A stretch of DNA of 64,000 nucleotides from Nitrospirota bacterium (GCA_963751455.1 CAVVUN010000015.1:224001-288000), one strand, 5' to 3'. Shown: positions 42,975-52,559, counted from the stretch's first letter. Notes: generated from the sequence alone by a model not told the origin. Numbers and translations: made by a program.

Positions 42975-43033
42975 GTCGTTGTGAGGATCTTCTCATGCTC
43001 CGCACATTCCCGACTGACAAATGGGCCTTTCAT

Positions 43034-43208
43034 CCTAGAAACAGCAGTTGGACACGGATAACGGCGGAAAAGGCGGATAAAATATTAAAAATTCAAGCAT
43101 GAGCCATTCACCAAATGGATAAATCTTTTTCATAATGAGAAGTTGATTCTTCTTCCGCTTTTATCCGTTGTTACCGGTTTTCCCGTGTCCCGAACCGCCG
43201 TTTTCAGG
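43034..43208. mobile_element. MITE, 175 bp, CCT..AGG ends, 5 bp TSD TTCAT
   Basis: TTCAT at 43029-43033 and 43209-43213. Confidence 0.9.
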
Positions 43209-43282
43209 TTCATCTTGCTTTTTCCGCTCGATTATACTATCTTTTTATCGTGGACGTTCCGCAAGGATTTATCGAGGGATGT

Positions 43283-43690
43283 ATGAGCCAGGAGACTATA
43301 ATAAAAACAGTGCTTGCATTTTATCCGGATGCAGAGGCTATCTACCTTTTCGGGTCCTATCTGACGCCGCATGAACAAAAGGACAGTGATGTAGACCTTG
43401 CCGTTCTTCTTTCTCCCGCCAAGGCCAAGCTTCTCGGAAGTCCAGCAATGAGCGAATGCCGGAATGCGCTTGAAGACGCCTTAAGGAGGACCGTGGACCT
43501 TATCAACCTGCGGATGGTAAATACCGTTTTTCAGAATGAAATCATCCAGGAAAGCAGGCTTATTTACAAGCAGAACGAGTATGTCACCGATGTTTTCGAG
43601 ATGCAGGTCATGTCAGCCTATCAGAAGCTGAACGAAGAACGCGCGGGCATTCTGGAAGATATATTTGAAAGCGGGAGAATACTGCGATGA
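43283..43690 (+). CDS. mntA: Type VII TA antitoxin, MntA adenylyltransferase
   Basis: GS-x10-DxD motif (GSYLTPHEQKDSDVD); overlaps the HepT start. Confidence 0.9.
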   Translation: MSQETIIKTVLAFYPDAEAIYLFGSYLTPHEQKDSDVDLAVLLSPAKAKLLGSPAMSECRNALEDALRRTVDLINLRMVNTVFQNEIIQESRLIYKQNEYVTDVFEMQVMSAYQKLNEERAGILEDIFESGRILR

Positions 43691-44109
43691 TGGACGTTAT
43701 CCTTAACAAGAAAGAGAGTGTCGAACGGTGCATCAGGCAAATTCGCGCCTATTATGACATGCATTCGGCCCTTCCGTTTGAAAAGGATTATTTAAAGCAG
43801 GACGCAATCGCGGCAAATCTTCAGCGCGCTGCCGAACAGGTCATCGACCTGGCGAATCATGTCATTCGAAAGAAAAAGCTCGGATTGCCGAAGGAAAGCA
43901 AGGAAAGTTTTGAGATACTTGCCGCCGCTGACATTATTCCGCAGGACCTTGCAGACAAATTAAAAGGCATGGTCGGGTTTCGCAATATCATGGTCCATCA
44001 ATACCAAGAAATGGACATTAAGATCATGATCGATGTGATCGAACACCATCTCGACGACCTGATTGTCTATACCAATCATCTCATTAAGTTCGGCCGCAGC
44101 TCATCCTGA
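43687..44109 (+). CDS. hepT: Type VII TA toxin, HepT (DUF86 HEPN RNase)
   Basis: R-x4-H-x-Y motif (RNIMVHQY). Confidence 0.9.
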   Translation: MMDVILNKKESVERCIRQIRAYYDMHSALPFEKDYLKQDAIAANLQRAAEQVIDLANHVIRKKKLGLPKESKESFEILAAADIIPQDLADKLKGMVGFRNIMVHQYQEMDIKIMIDVIEHHLDDLIVYTNHLIKFGRSSS

Positions 44110-44201
44110 CTTCCCCGGTTTCAAAGCCGCATTGTGAAATAAAATCAGGGCTCTTACTGATAATGACAGATTTGTAAAAAAGATTTGTCACAGAGTACAC
44201 A

Positions 44202-44403
44202 CCTTGCACCGCATGCATTCGCGCTGGAGCACTCATCCGCGCTTGGGGCAGGCTCGCGGTACCGTAATGCTTATACTCGTTGTCGTACCCTTTCGCTGAG
44301 TAAGGCTTAGACCCTTTGTCGACCACCGCACTGAGAAACGTGCGGCGGGAATCAATGACCGCAGAAACGGGAATCAAGGACCTCATAAGCGCTGGGTGCA
44401 GGC
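44202..44403. repeat. Mosaic modular repeat, copy 7 (Z containing a Z and a Y-in-Y)
   Basis: Inner Z 44210-44253; outer Y 44266-44382; inner Y 44302-44360. Confidence 0.85.
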
Positions 44404-44471
44404 AGAGAGCACCGGAGTTAAACTTTAAGAAGGCAAGCCTTCTCAATAACCCCCCAAATTTCCTCCTTCCG

Positions 44472-47315
44472 TCACAAAGTCGGCTCATTTCCGGATGTAT
44501 CCTGACTCGAAAGCATAGACTGGACCATTACCCGAAACCTCTCCGGGGCGATATCCAAGATCAAGTCAATGTTGGCATGACGGTAGATATTCACCCATTC
44601 TTCCTTGCGGCGAAGATCAAGTTTGGGATTGATGATATACCAGCCCGTTCTCACCCGTTTGAAAAGCTTTTTGCCGTACAGGTTCGTGCTGATTGTTTCA
44701 TTCTTTGACAGCAGAGAGGATATGTAGGCCCGCTTCTTCCGGTACGCGGGAATGACGCTGTCGGGCAGCCCGGCGATCATGTCCGCAAGCTCGACGGCCT
44801 TGACCGGCACGAGGTCCGCGTACCTGTTGTTGAGCCGGGTATGCATGATGGCAAAAAATATATTAAACAATAGAAACTCGCCCTGACTTGCGTCGATCTT
44901 GATCAGCCGGTCGTCTGCCTTGAGGCTCACGCTGCCCTGCGTGAGCAGCTCGTGCACGGCAGGGAATAAATCAGTGGCAAATTTCTTGTCCTGCATGGCC
45001 CTCTGCAGAGCGCCCTGCCACGCGGTGAGACCGTAATTGTCGGCAAGTTCGCCGTCCGCGCCTGAGGCCAGCAATTCCCTCACGAGCGCGGCATTTCCGG
45101 CTACCGCGGCAAGCATGAGCGGCGTCTTGTTGAAGATCGTGCGGTGGTCCACGCCGTAGGTATCACACTGCCTGATAATACCCTGGTAGAATTTCCCCGA
45201 GTACTCCTGAAAATATCGTGACGTGACGCCCAGCCTTTGCTGCGCATAGAGCTGCTCGTTCAGATACCGGGCGCCATGCTCAGTATAGAAAAGTTGTTTT
45301 GCCTTGTCAAAGCCGTGCTGACTAAGCATGTCGATCATTCGCGGTTCATTATAAAACAGGGCGTAATCAAAGAGCGTCTTTCCTGGTTTTTGTGAAACTT
45401 CTTTCGGATCGCGCGAACGAGCGAGCAGCTCTCTGACCCTTTTGGGCACGCATACTTCCCACGGCACGGGCTGCGTCTTCAGGATATCGCGCCTGATCTC
45501 GTCGGCCTGGTCCTGCCTGCCCTGAAGCTCGAGTTTGTGCGCCTCGGCCTGCCACTCCTCGATGCTCGACTGTTTGACGTCGATGGTTACGTTTTCCCGC
45601 GCGTTCCGCAGGCCCAGCATGCGGATGAGGGGATGGTTCGTATCGCTCTCGATCAGATACAGCCGCTGCACGGCGCGGGTAACCGCGACGTACAGGGAGT
45701 TGACAAAGAATTTGTAAACCTCGAGCGACTTGTCGGTCTTATCCCGTGCGCGCCGGTACTCAAGATCGCCGCTTAAGTCCTGCTCGCTCACCCCTTCGAT
45801 GAGCTCCCCGAAACTGGCCCGCTCATTCGATATGAAGTTGACCAGGATAACGTTTTCGTATTCAAGCCCCTTCGCCTCCTGGATGCTGAACAAGAGCGGC
45901 GTATCGAAGAATGCGCGCACTGCTGCCTTATCCTCGTCCCGCATGACGAGAACGGCGAATTTCGCGGAGCGCCTTGTCGTCTTGCTCAGGTCCCGCTTCG
46001 CCCTGTCCGTGTCCTTCAGGAATACCAGCTCTCCGTTCGCGTCCGACACGCTATTCATTAGGTAATTGCTTTCCCGGTCGATGGACCCGAAGCGTTTTTG
46101 CTTTATCCGCAGCAGCGTGTTGGCTAATTCCGTCACTGAAACGGAATTTCGGAAATTGGACTGAAGTATTCTCGTCACCTTGCCCGATTCCAAAGACTCG
46201 GCGCTGTAGAGCATGGTCTTGAGGCCGCTCCAGGAAAAGAAGTTAGGGTGGACGATCTGGTTGGAGTCTCCGCAGAGAATGAAATCCTCCTGCTTCTTAA
46301 GGCTCTTCAGAATCAGTGTGAGCTCGATATTCGTGATATCCTGCACTTCGTCTACGACGATGAAGTCGTAATCCTGCCTTGCGTGTGCAAGGTAGCCGTG
46401 CGCCAGGATATTGGGATCGTACCAACCGTTCTCCCTGAGAAAAATAAGGTACTTGTCGAACAGCGTGTACACCAGCGCTCGCTCTTCAGCGAGATAGATG
46501 GACTGCCGGACCCCGAGGCCGAGATATTCCTCCCGGGAGAGAAACGGCTTGTCCACGATGGAGCCGGTGATCACGCCGCGGAACTCCTCATAGAGGCGAT
46601 GGACGTCGGAGACGCGCTGCTGCCGGGGAATGCGCATGAGCCATTTGACGAACGCGCTGTACGTGATTTCTCTGCCTTCCGGCACCCGCATCGTCTCCAT
46701 GAACTCCCGGAATGACAGAAATGAAACTTCCTGGTCGTCGTTTTCATAATGATGAGAGTAGTAAACGTTCCTCGAATTGTCCGCAAGATACCGCGACAGC
46801 GTGACATACAGGACCCGGCCGTAAGCGCGCTTCATCCTTTCCAAGGTAAGGGCCGTCTTTCCGCTGCCTGCCGGACCGATTATGATGAGCGGCGAGGGAT
46901 GATGATAGGCGTCCTGCTGCTCCGGGTCAAAGGAGATGATCTTGTCCAGAAAGTGAAACCGGGTTGCCGATGGGTTCAGGTACCTTAGGGTGGGGACGCT
47001 ATCGTCTTTAAAGGACGATTGCTCAACGGCCAAGATCTTCGATTCGTCCACTTTGACTCCGCGAAGGAACTTCGATTTGTTATAAGCATGATTCAGCACG
47101 AGCTCGAGAATGAGGGCATAACGCTCTCCCTCGAAGGTCATGATCTTGAAGAGCAGGCGGTTGCTGTCGTCGAGCTTGGCCCGATAGAGGTCCTGCTCCG
47201 CCAGCTTTTTGACCTCTGCGGAATAGAAATCCTCCTTTTCGAGAAAGCCCAGGAGCTTTTGGTACTGACGTTTTACCTTCGACGTGTCGAGATCCGCGTA
47301 TTCAAGAATTTTCAC
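44472..47315 (-). CDS. SF1 (UvrD-like) helicase with RelE-like N-terminus and ankyrin repeat
   Basis: GPAGSGKT, VVDEVQD, GDSNQ, NFRN, QEAKGLEY, YVAVTRA; ankyrin TPLMLAAVAGNAALVRELLASGAD. Confidence 0.88.
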   Translation of the reverse strand: MKILEYADLDTSKVKRQYQKLLGFLEKEDFYSAEVKKLAEQDLYRAKLDDSNRLLFKIMTFEGERYALILELVLNHAYNKSKFLRGVKVDESKILAVEQSSFKDDSVPTLRYLNPSATRFHFLDKIISFDPEQQDAYHHPSPLIIIGPAGSGKTALTLERMKRAYGRVLYVTLSRYLADNSRNVYYSHHYENDDQEVSFLSFREFMETMRVPEGREITYSAFVKWLMRIPRQQRVSDVHRLYEEFRGVITGSIVDKPFLSREEYLGLGVRQSIYLAEERALVYTLFDKYLIFLRENGWYDPNILAHGYLAHARQDYDFIVVDEVQDITNIELTLILKSLKKQEDFILCGDSNQIVHPNFFSWSGLKTMLYSAESLESGKVTRILQSNFRNSVSVTELANTLLRIKQKRFGSIDRESNYLMNSVSDANGELVFLKDTDRAKRDLSKTTRRSAKFAVLVMRDEDKAAVRAFFDTPLLFSIQEAKGLEYENVILVNFISNERASFGELIEGVSEQDLSGDLEYRRARDKTDKSLEVYKFFVNSLYVAVTRAVQRLYLIESDTNHPLIRMLGLRNARENVTIDVKQSSIEEWQAEAHKLELQGRQDQADEIRRDILKTQPVPWEVCVPKRVRELLARSRDPKEVSQKPGKTLFDYALFYNEPRMIDMLSQHGFDKAKQLFYTEHGARYLNEQLYAQQRLGVTSRYFQEYSGKFYQGIIRQCDTYGVDHRTIFNKTPLMLAAVAGNAALVRELLASGADGELADNYGLTAWQGALQRAMQDKKFATDLFPAVHELLTQGSVSLKADDRLIKIDASQGEFLLFNIFFAIMHTRLNNRYADLVPVKAVELADMIAGLPDSVIPAYRKKRAYISSLLSKNETISTNLYGKKLFKRVRTGWYIINPKLDLRRKEEWVNIYRHANIDLILDIAPERFRVMVQSMLSSQDTSGNEPTL

Positions 47316-47558
47316 GATTCAATAGCCTTTTATAATAGGTTCATTGCGAATGCAGACATAGAATATACCAAATAAAGCAGCCGCTGCAACTCTAAAAATA
47401 ATCGCGCAAGTTAAAAAATGAACAAAGGAGAAGCGGCAAGAGCTCCAATTGCTAAGTTCTGTTTTTATGGAATCCAAAGCAGTGGCAGATTCTGCAATAA
47501 ACGCTTGAAGGCGCAAAAGGGTTATGATAGACTCTGTTACAGATAAGGATTTGTTATC

Positions 47559-47846
47559 ATGGCGACAGCGCTGAACGAAGAAAAGAGAAAAATCGTCACT
47601 CAGGCACTCTGGGATCTCAATATGACTCCGGACGATTTTGTCGGAATCATCAAGGGGACCGTACAGCGAAACTGGCCTTCGAGGGGTTTTTGCGTGGCGC
47701 GGCTCCTTGAAAGTGTAAACTGGTTTGACATCGTCAAGATATTTCCCCCCGCTGAGATCTGTGCTGTCTGGGAGGAAACTGAAAAATACCTTCGGAGCGA
47801 ATCGATCCGGAAAGGGATGGAATTTGCCTGCCGAACACTACGCTAA
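47559..47846 (+). CDS. Small putative antitoxin partner of AbiEii
   Basis: 95 aa, LWD..ARLLE motif, overlaps the downstream nucleotidyltransferase. Confidence 0.7.
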   Translation: MATALNEEKRKIVTQALWDLNMTPDDFVGIIKGTVQRNWPSRGFCVARLLESVNWFDIVKIFPPAEICAVWEETEKYLRSESIRKGMEFACRTLR

Positions 47847-48474
47847 CGTTCTGTATCCCCTGCAGGACAAAGTCGTTGCGCTTTTCAAGAATACGCCATT
47901 CTATCTTACTGGCGGCACCGCCCTATCCAGAGGCTATTTTCAACACCGCTATTCGGATGACCTCGACTACTTCGTAAACGACCACCCCGACTTTAGTCGC
48001 ATAGCAGAACGGCAGATCGCAAAGCTCGGTTCTCTTTTTAACGAAGTAGATATAGCGCTTCGAGCAGACAACTTCACCCGATTGTTCGTTTCCGCCGAGC
48101 GGTTGAAGATCGAGCTGATCAACGATGTGCCGGCCCATATCGGAAGGCGTGTCGAGCATCCGACGCTCGGCATTATCGATTCGAAGGAAAACATCCTCGC
48201 TAATAAGATAACGGCACTTGTAGACCGCAGCATGCCCAAAGATGTCGCCGACATCTATTTCCTGCTTAAAGATGGGTTGAGTATCAAGCAGGCGCTCGTC
48301 AACGCCGACAGCAAGGCCGCCGGGATATCGCCGCTGCTCGTGGCAAAAATTCTCGCGGAGTTCGATTATGCGCTCCTTGATACCGAGATCAAATGGAGTA
48401 GCCCCATTCCCGCAGATGTCATTCGACATTATCTAACGGACATCTCGAGAAAAATCATCATGGGCAATGTATAG
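47824..48474 (+). CDS. AbiEii/AbiGii family nucleotidyltransferase toxin
   Basis: FYLTGGTAL..HRYSDDLDYF, ANKITA..R..KDVADI; probable TTG start. Confidence 0.88.
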   Translation: MPAEHYANVLYPLQDKVVALFKNTPFYLTGGTALSRGYFQHRYSDDLDYFVNDHPDFSRIAERQIAKLGSLFNEVDIALRADNFTRLFVSAERLKIELINDVPAHIGRRVEHPTLGIIDSKENILANKITALVDRSMPKDVADIYFLLKDGLSIKQALVNADSKAAGISPLLVAKILAEFDYALLDTEIKWSSPIPADVIRHYLTDISRKIIMGNV

Positions 48475-48496
48475 AGTTTGCTCGGGGAACTTCAAT

Positions 48497-48581
48497 TTTT
48501 TCCTGTACTACGACATATAAAACTCTTTGTCCATCCGATGCGTCGAAAGCCGGAATCTCTATAAAGGGATTCCGGTTTTTT
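48497..48581 (+). repeat. Right boundary repeat: orphan copy of the glnA 3' end (FFLYYDI*) and terminator
   Basis: TTT TTC CTG TAC TAC GAC ATA TAA followed by CCATCCGATG..GAAAGCCGGAATCTC..TTCCGGTTTTTT. Confidence 0.88.
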
Positions 48582-48687
48582 CATTCATGCCCCGGCTGAT
48601 TCTGCGAGATTGGGTTAGTATTCAGAATGACCGTATTAGTGGTAGAATTTATTCATGGATGTATCGGTTCAGCAAAGGAGGTATATC

Positions 48688-49407
48688 ATGATCAAGGTCC
48701 GTGATCCAGACAGTATTTATCAAATCGATGGCGAAATTACGAACGGGACTTTCCACGGCAGGTGGCATTTCGCTTTCGGCGATTATTATGATTCCCGATT
48801 CGAGGATTTCGGCACGCTTCGTGTTTTTAATGACGATACGCTATCACCCGGCGCAGTCTGGCCGCTTCATCCGCACCGCGATAATGAGGTGGTCACGTAC
48901 GTTGCGGGCGGTGAATTCAGGCATGAGGATGAGCGCGGCAAAGGCGGCATTCTGAAGAAAGGATGGGTGCAGCACACGACAGTTGGCCGCGGGATGTGGC
49001 ACTCGGAGATCAACAACCGCCCTGATCAGCCGCTGCGGTTCATTCAGATGTGGTTCTACCCGGCAAGGCGCGGTCTGGAACCGTCGGTAGAACAGAAGGC
49101 GGTCGAGCAGAAGGACAGGACCGACCGTTTTCTGCCGCTTGTATCAAACCGGAAAGAAGGCACCCTCCCGATCGTTTCCGATGCCCGGATCTTTTCCAGT
49201 TTTCTTCATGCCGGAAAGACGCAGCGTTATGAGATGGAAACCGGACGCGGAATATACCTGTACGTGCTTGAAGGAGGACCGGTAAGCGTGAACAGCATCA
49301 TGGTCCCGGCACTAGGTTCTGCCATGATCACCGAAGAAAAAGAGATCGAGGTCGTTTCCGAACAGGATGCCGAGCTTCTCCTCGTGGATGTTAAAAATAG
49401 CCGGTAG
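48688..49407 (+). CDS. Pirin family protein
   Basis: FGTLRVFNDD, HPHRDNEVVTYV, HED, GMWHSE, FIQMW; AGGAGG RBS. Confidence 0.93.
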   Translation: MIKVRDPDSIYQIDGEITNGTFHGRWHFAFGDYYDSRFEDFGTLRVFNDDTLSPGAVWPLHPHRDNEVVTYVAGGEFRHEDERGKGGILKKGWVQHTTVGRGMWHSEINNRPDQPLRFIQMWFYPARRGLEPSVEQKAVEQKDRTDRFLPLVSNRKEGTLPIVSDARIFSSFLHAGKTQRYEMETGRGIYLYVLEGGPVSVNSIMVPALGSAMITEEKEIEVVSEQDAELLLVDVKNSR

Positions 49408-49859
49408 GTTGGGCAAATGAATGACCTTGCCCAACGTTTTATCATGCCTGGGCTATAACAGCCAACTCACCGATTTTAATTTTGAGTCACGTTTTTGGCA
49501 TCCAACAATAACAACAAACCTCTTAGCCCGATATTTTCCCGCGATCCTATGCCAGGTCTCGAGCATTTGCTTTTCCTTATTCGGGAAAGTGTGTCCTCGC
49601 CAATATTTCCATCTGAATAGACAACAATGTTTACCTTGACAGGCCTAAAAGCATAAAATATACTCGGCCTTAGTAGATTACCTAATGTTGCACAAATTTC
49701 GTCCTGCCAATTCCGTAATTCTGTATTTGGCAGGGCGGTATCTTCGGGCAGCAAGAAGTGCACATTACTTATCAAAAATGTGCAATTTTCACCCCAGTAT
49801 TACCGGATTTTCGGAAATGCCGGGACGGTTTCCGTCCCTTCAAACACTTGTTGGAATTT

Positions 49860-49902
49860 ACCAACCACACGCTCGACTCTACGTTCCGAGAGTCAGCGGG
49901 CC
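49860..49902 (+). other. Truncated integron attC site
   Basis: ACCAAC core, CGCT-C-GACTCT / AGAGTC-AGCG stem with one unpaired base; the GTT end is lost at the IS remnant. Confidence 0.55.
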
Positions 49903-49911
49903 ACAAAGTCA

Positions 49912-50119
49912 GGACAATATCTTCGTGGAACGGCTATGGCGGAGCGTAATGTGATCTATCGAACAGCGAACGGCGGTGGAGCAAGGATTGTGGATAAATT
50001 CAAAGAGCGAAAAGAACCTCAGGGAGAGGTAGAAACCGGGGCAGCGCCATGCAGCTGCGGCTTGGTCGGTTACCATCTTAATCTCACCCCTTTATTGTCT
50101 TGACAGAGGGGTCCACTTA
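49912..50119 (+). mobile_element. IS3-family transposase remnant with right end
   Basis: DNIFVERLWRSV catalytic-Glu motif, then YRTANGGGARIVDKF C-terminus and terminal TGTCTTGACAGAGGGGTCCACTTA. Confidence 0.8.
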
Positions 50120-50121
50120 AC

Positions 50122-50355
50122 AGATATAAAGAAGTCATTGCTGAAATAGAATCTAATCATGTTTTATCACGACAAGAAGCACGCGAAGACGAAAGCCTGT
50201 CTATTTCCCGCAAAGCTTTAACAATCTCAGAAGAAGCTAATTCAATTTCAGATAAAGCCCGTCGATATGCTCTGTGGGCCAATATTATGGCTGCTATTGC
50301 ACTCGCACTAACTATGCTCATGGCAATAATCGAATACAAATCTAAGACCCCATGA
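50122..50355 (+). pseudogene. 5'-truncated cassette gene with C-terminal TM helix
   Basis: Open frame RYKEVIAEIE...WANIMAAIALALTMLMAIIEYKSKTP*; its stop overlaps the attC; start removed by the IS3 remnant. Confidence 0.6.
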
Positions 50356-50413
50356 TCCAACAAACGGATCGACACGGTCGCTTTAAAACGCGCCGGTCAT
50401 CCTGGCGTTCTCC
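50355..50413 (+). other. Integron attC site
   Basis: ATCCAAC ... GGAT-C-GAC / GTC-ATCC ... GTT; 59 bp; directly after a stop codon. Confidence 0.75.
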
Positions 50414-50471
50414 CGGCGCTTCGCGCCGCGAGAATCCCGGGGCTGAGCCGGAGCCCCTAATAGAAATTAAA

Positions 50472-50702
50472 ATGATTAATATTACAAAATTCCGACACGT
50501 TGCAATTATAGTCAAAGATTTACAAAGAATGCTTGATTTTTATACTAAAATTATGGGTTTTAACATAAAACGTACCTTTAAAATCGAATCGGAAGATTTC
50601 AGAAAAGGGATAAATATTCCTAACGCTAGAGCAAAAGGTGCTCACCTTATTCACCCGAACTTGGACATCGAAATTGAACTCTTTCAATTTAGCTTGGTCT
50701 GA
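50472..50702 (+). pseudogene. VOC/glyoxalase family gene, N-terminal half
   Basis: FRHVAIIVKDLQRMLDFY..MGF ... IELFQF then stop. Confidence 0.75.
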
Positions 50703-50824
50703 CCCGGCAGACAGGCTCCTGTCAAGAAGCATGCTCCGACCTATTCCTCAGGCTCCATTTTGCCCATACAAATACCCATATATTTATATTGCTTTTGTAG
50801 CCTAATCCATGATAAGGTATATCA

Positions 50825-51103
50825 ATGAGGAAAACCACGTTTGAATGGGATGAGGAGAAAGATAAAGAAAACCGGAAAAAGCATGATGTATCTTTCTCGC
50901 TTGCTCAACATGCATTTCTTGATCCTCATCGTATCATAGTCGAAGATATCGAGCATAGCACAGAGGAAGATAGATATTACTGTATTGGCCGTGTTGGTGG
51001 AGGCATAATGACGGTACGGTTCACATATAGAGGAAATGTTATCCGCATTTACGGCGCCGGATATTGGAGGAAAGGAAAAAAGATATATGAAGAACAAAAT
51101 TAA
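50825..51103 (+). CDS. BrnT family toxin
   Basis: FEWDEEKDKENRKKHDVSF, E.R...IG, VRFTYRG..IRI. Confidence 0.9.
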   Translation: MRKTTFEWDEEKDKENRKKHDVSFSLAQHAFLDPHRIIVEDIEHSTEEDRYYCIGRVGGGIMTVRFTYRGNVIRIYGAGYWRKGKKIYEEQN

Positions 51104-51326
51104 ATATTCAGATGAACCAATGGGGAAATTGAAAGTTGTTGATGATTTTCTTCCGCCGCCGGAGCAGTTAGTTCTTAAAGAGGATAACGTTAAAGTAACG
51201 ATTGCCTTAAAGAAATCAAGTGTTGAATTCTTTAAGAAAGAGGCTAAGAAACATCACACCTCGTATCAAAAAATGATTCGTCAGCTTGTGGATTGGTATA
51301 CGTCGCACCATCAAAAGAGCGCTTAA
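51087..51326 (+). CDS. BrnA/CopG-like antitoxin
   Basis: DFLPPPEQL, KVTIAL..VEFFK, YQKMIR; overlaps the toxin gene. Confidence 0.88.
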   Translation: MKNKIKYSDEPMGKLKVVDDFLPPPEQLVLKEDNVKVTIALKKSSVEFFKKEAKKHHTSYQKMIRQLVDWYTSHHQKSA

Positions 51327-51385
51327 GGCGGTGATTTCTCACCGCCTTGTTTTTATCGATGCATCCAGCTTTTAATTCCGTGATC

Positions 51386-51694
51386 CTATGCTTTTTCCGA
51401 AGCAGCCTGCCGGATTGCTGTTGGCGCTGATACCACATACCCCATGAGCGTGCCGATCAGGCCGCCGATCACCAGGCTCACCGCTGCTGCAGCTGCGATG
51501 CCGACCATAATCCCGATGACCACCGCTGCCCGCACGAAAAGCGTCGGTTCCACCGCACCCATCAGCTTCTGCAGAAGAATCAAAGTCCCGAACGATCCGA
51601 AGTAGAACCCCGGCACGATCCCGAATACTGCGAACACCAGCCCGCCTGCTGTAGCCCCGATCCTCATTCCTGTTTTAATGGCCTCGTTCTTCAT
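51386..51694 (-). CDS. Small Gly-rich membrane protein A (copy 1)
   Basis: AGGAG RBS; hydrophobic GxxxG-rich helices; duplicated at 61793. Confidence 0.85.
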   Translation of the reverse strand: MKNEAIKTGMRIGATAGGLVFAVFGIVPGFYFGSFGTLILLQKLMGAVEPTLFVRAAVVIGIMVGIAAAAAVSLVIGGLIGTLMGYVVSAPTAIRQAASEKA

Positions 51695-51793
51695 GGCTAT
51701 CTCCTTTCTGCCGCAGCTAATGGATTTTGAACCCCGTTTGTTGCTCAATCTATATTAAGATAAGTCACGTGCCGAATTGCGCGGTTGACCGGT

Positions 51794-52105
51794 TCACTTT
51801 GAATGAGTCTCTGCAACAACGGGGTGAACCATCAGGCCCATTGCCTGACCGATTAACCAGCCGATTGACGATGAAGCCGTGGTGATCATGATGCCCGATA
51901 CCATCACACCGAGAAGCATGGAGCCCATGACGATCATGCGTGAAAGGAGTCCCGGCTCAAGAGGAAGACCGAACAGCATGCCCGCCGCGCTCACTCCCAT
52001 GGCGCCTCCGATGAGGCTTCCCGGCAGCAATCCGAAAAGTCCGAACAGAACCAGTCCTGCACCCGCTCCTGCGTAAGCACCCTGTTTTGATTTTGAGGTC
52101 TTCAT
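51794..52105 (-). CDS. Small Gly-rich membrane protein B (copy 1), paralogous to A
   Basis: AGGAGG RBS; GAGAGLVLFGLFGLLPGS versus GATAGGLVFAVFGIVPGF in A. Confidence 0.85.
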   Translation of the reverse strand: MKTSKSKQGAYAGAGAGLVLFGLFGLLPGSLIGGAMGVSAAGMLFGLPLEPGLLSRMIVMGSMLLGVMVSGIMITTASSSIGWLIGQAMGLMVHPVVAETHSK

Positions 52106-52144
52106 TTTCGTTTCCTCCTTTTCGCGTCGTCTTGCCTTTGTAAT

Positions 52145-52160
52145 TGCATCAGTCATGCCA
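52145..52160 (-). promoter_or_regulatory. Sigma54 -24/-12 promoter for genes B-A (copy 1)
   Basis: TGGCATGACTGATGCA (GG-N10-GC), ~40 bp upstream of the start. Confidence 0.7.
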
Positions 52161-52373
52161 AAGAGTAAGGTGCTGATTTTGCTGGGATCAGGGGAAGAAG
52201 GTCTTTTGCAGAAGTGAGAAGAATCGGCGGAGCTTTTTTAGAGATGCAAAACTGATCCGTAGTTTAGTGGTTGAGCGGTTGAGTAGTTGAGTGGAACGAA
52301 ATCGCCAAAAAGCCCCACCTGTTTAACTTGGCTGCATGAATTTGATCCGCGGTTTAGCGATATAATTAATACC

Positions 52374-52559
52374 ATGAAGCTCTCCGACCTGCTGGATGAC
52401 CGCTTCATCGGGGTGAACCTCAGGGCGCGTGATCAGAAAGGCTCCCTCGAGGAGATGGTCGGCATACTGAAGCGAGCGGGAAAGATTGACGATCCCAGGC
52501 AAATACTGAAGGCCCTTCTCGACCGGGAGGCTTCGGGCAGCAGGATCTTCAAAGAGTAA
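52374..52559 (+). pseudogene. Truncated duplicate of the 5' end of the EIIA/P-type ATPase gene
   Basis: MKLSDLLDD...REASGSRIF matches 62759 onward, then ends. Confidence 0.9.

Larger units (their letters stand above)
51325..52550. repeat. ~1.2 kb direct repeat, copy 1
   Basis: Highly similar to 61748-62935 (terminator, two small genes, promoter region, first ~59 codons of the EIIA-ATPase gene). Confidence 0.95.

Noticed and set aside
49476-49775. 99 aa minus-strand ORF in AT-rich DNA
   Set aside because: May be a cassette remnant, but it has no recognisable motif, RBS or complete attC, so it was not called
50157-50375. Minus-strand 72 aa ORF
   Set aside because: The plus-strand frame ending at the attC is the better explanation
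51760-51776. Second sigma54 promoter between genes B and A (CGGCACGTGACTTAT)
   Set aside because: Good -24 element but no GC at -12
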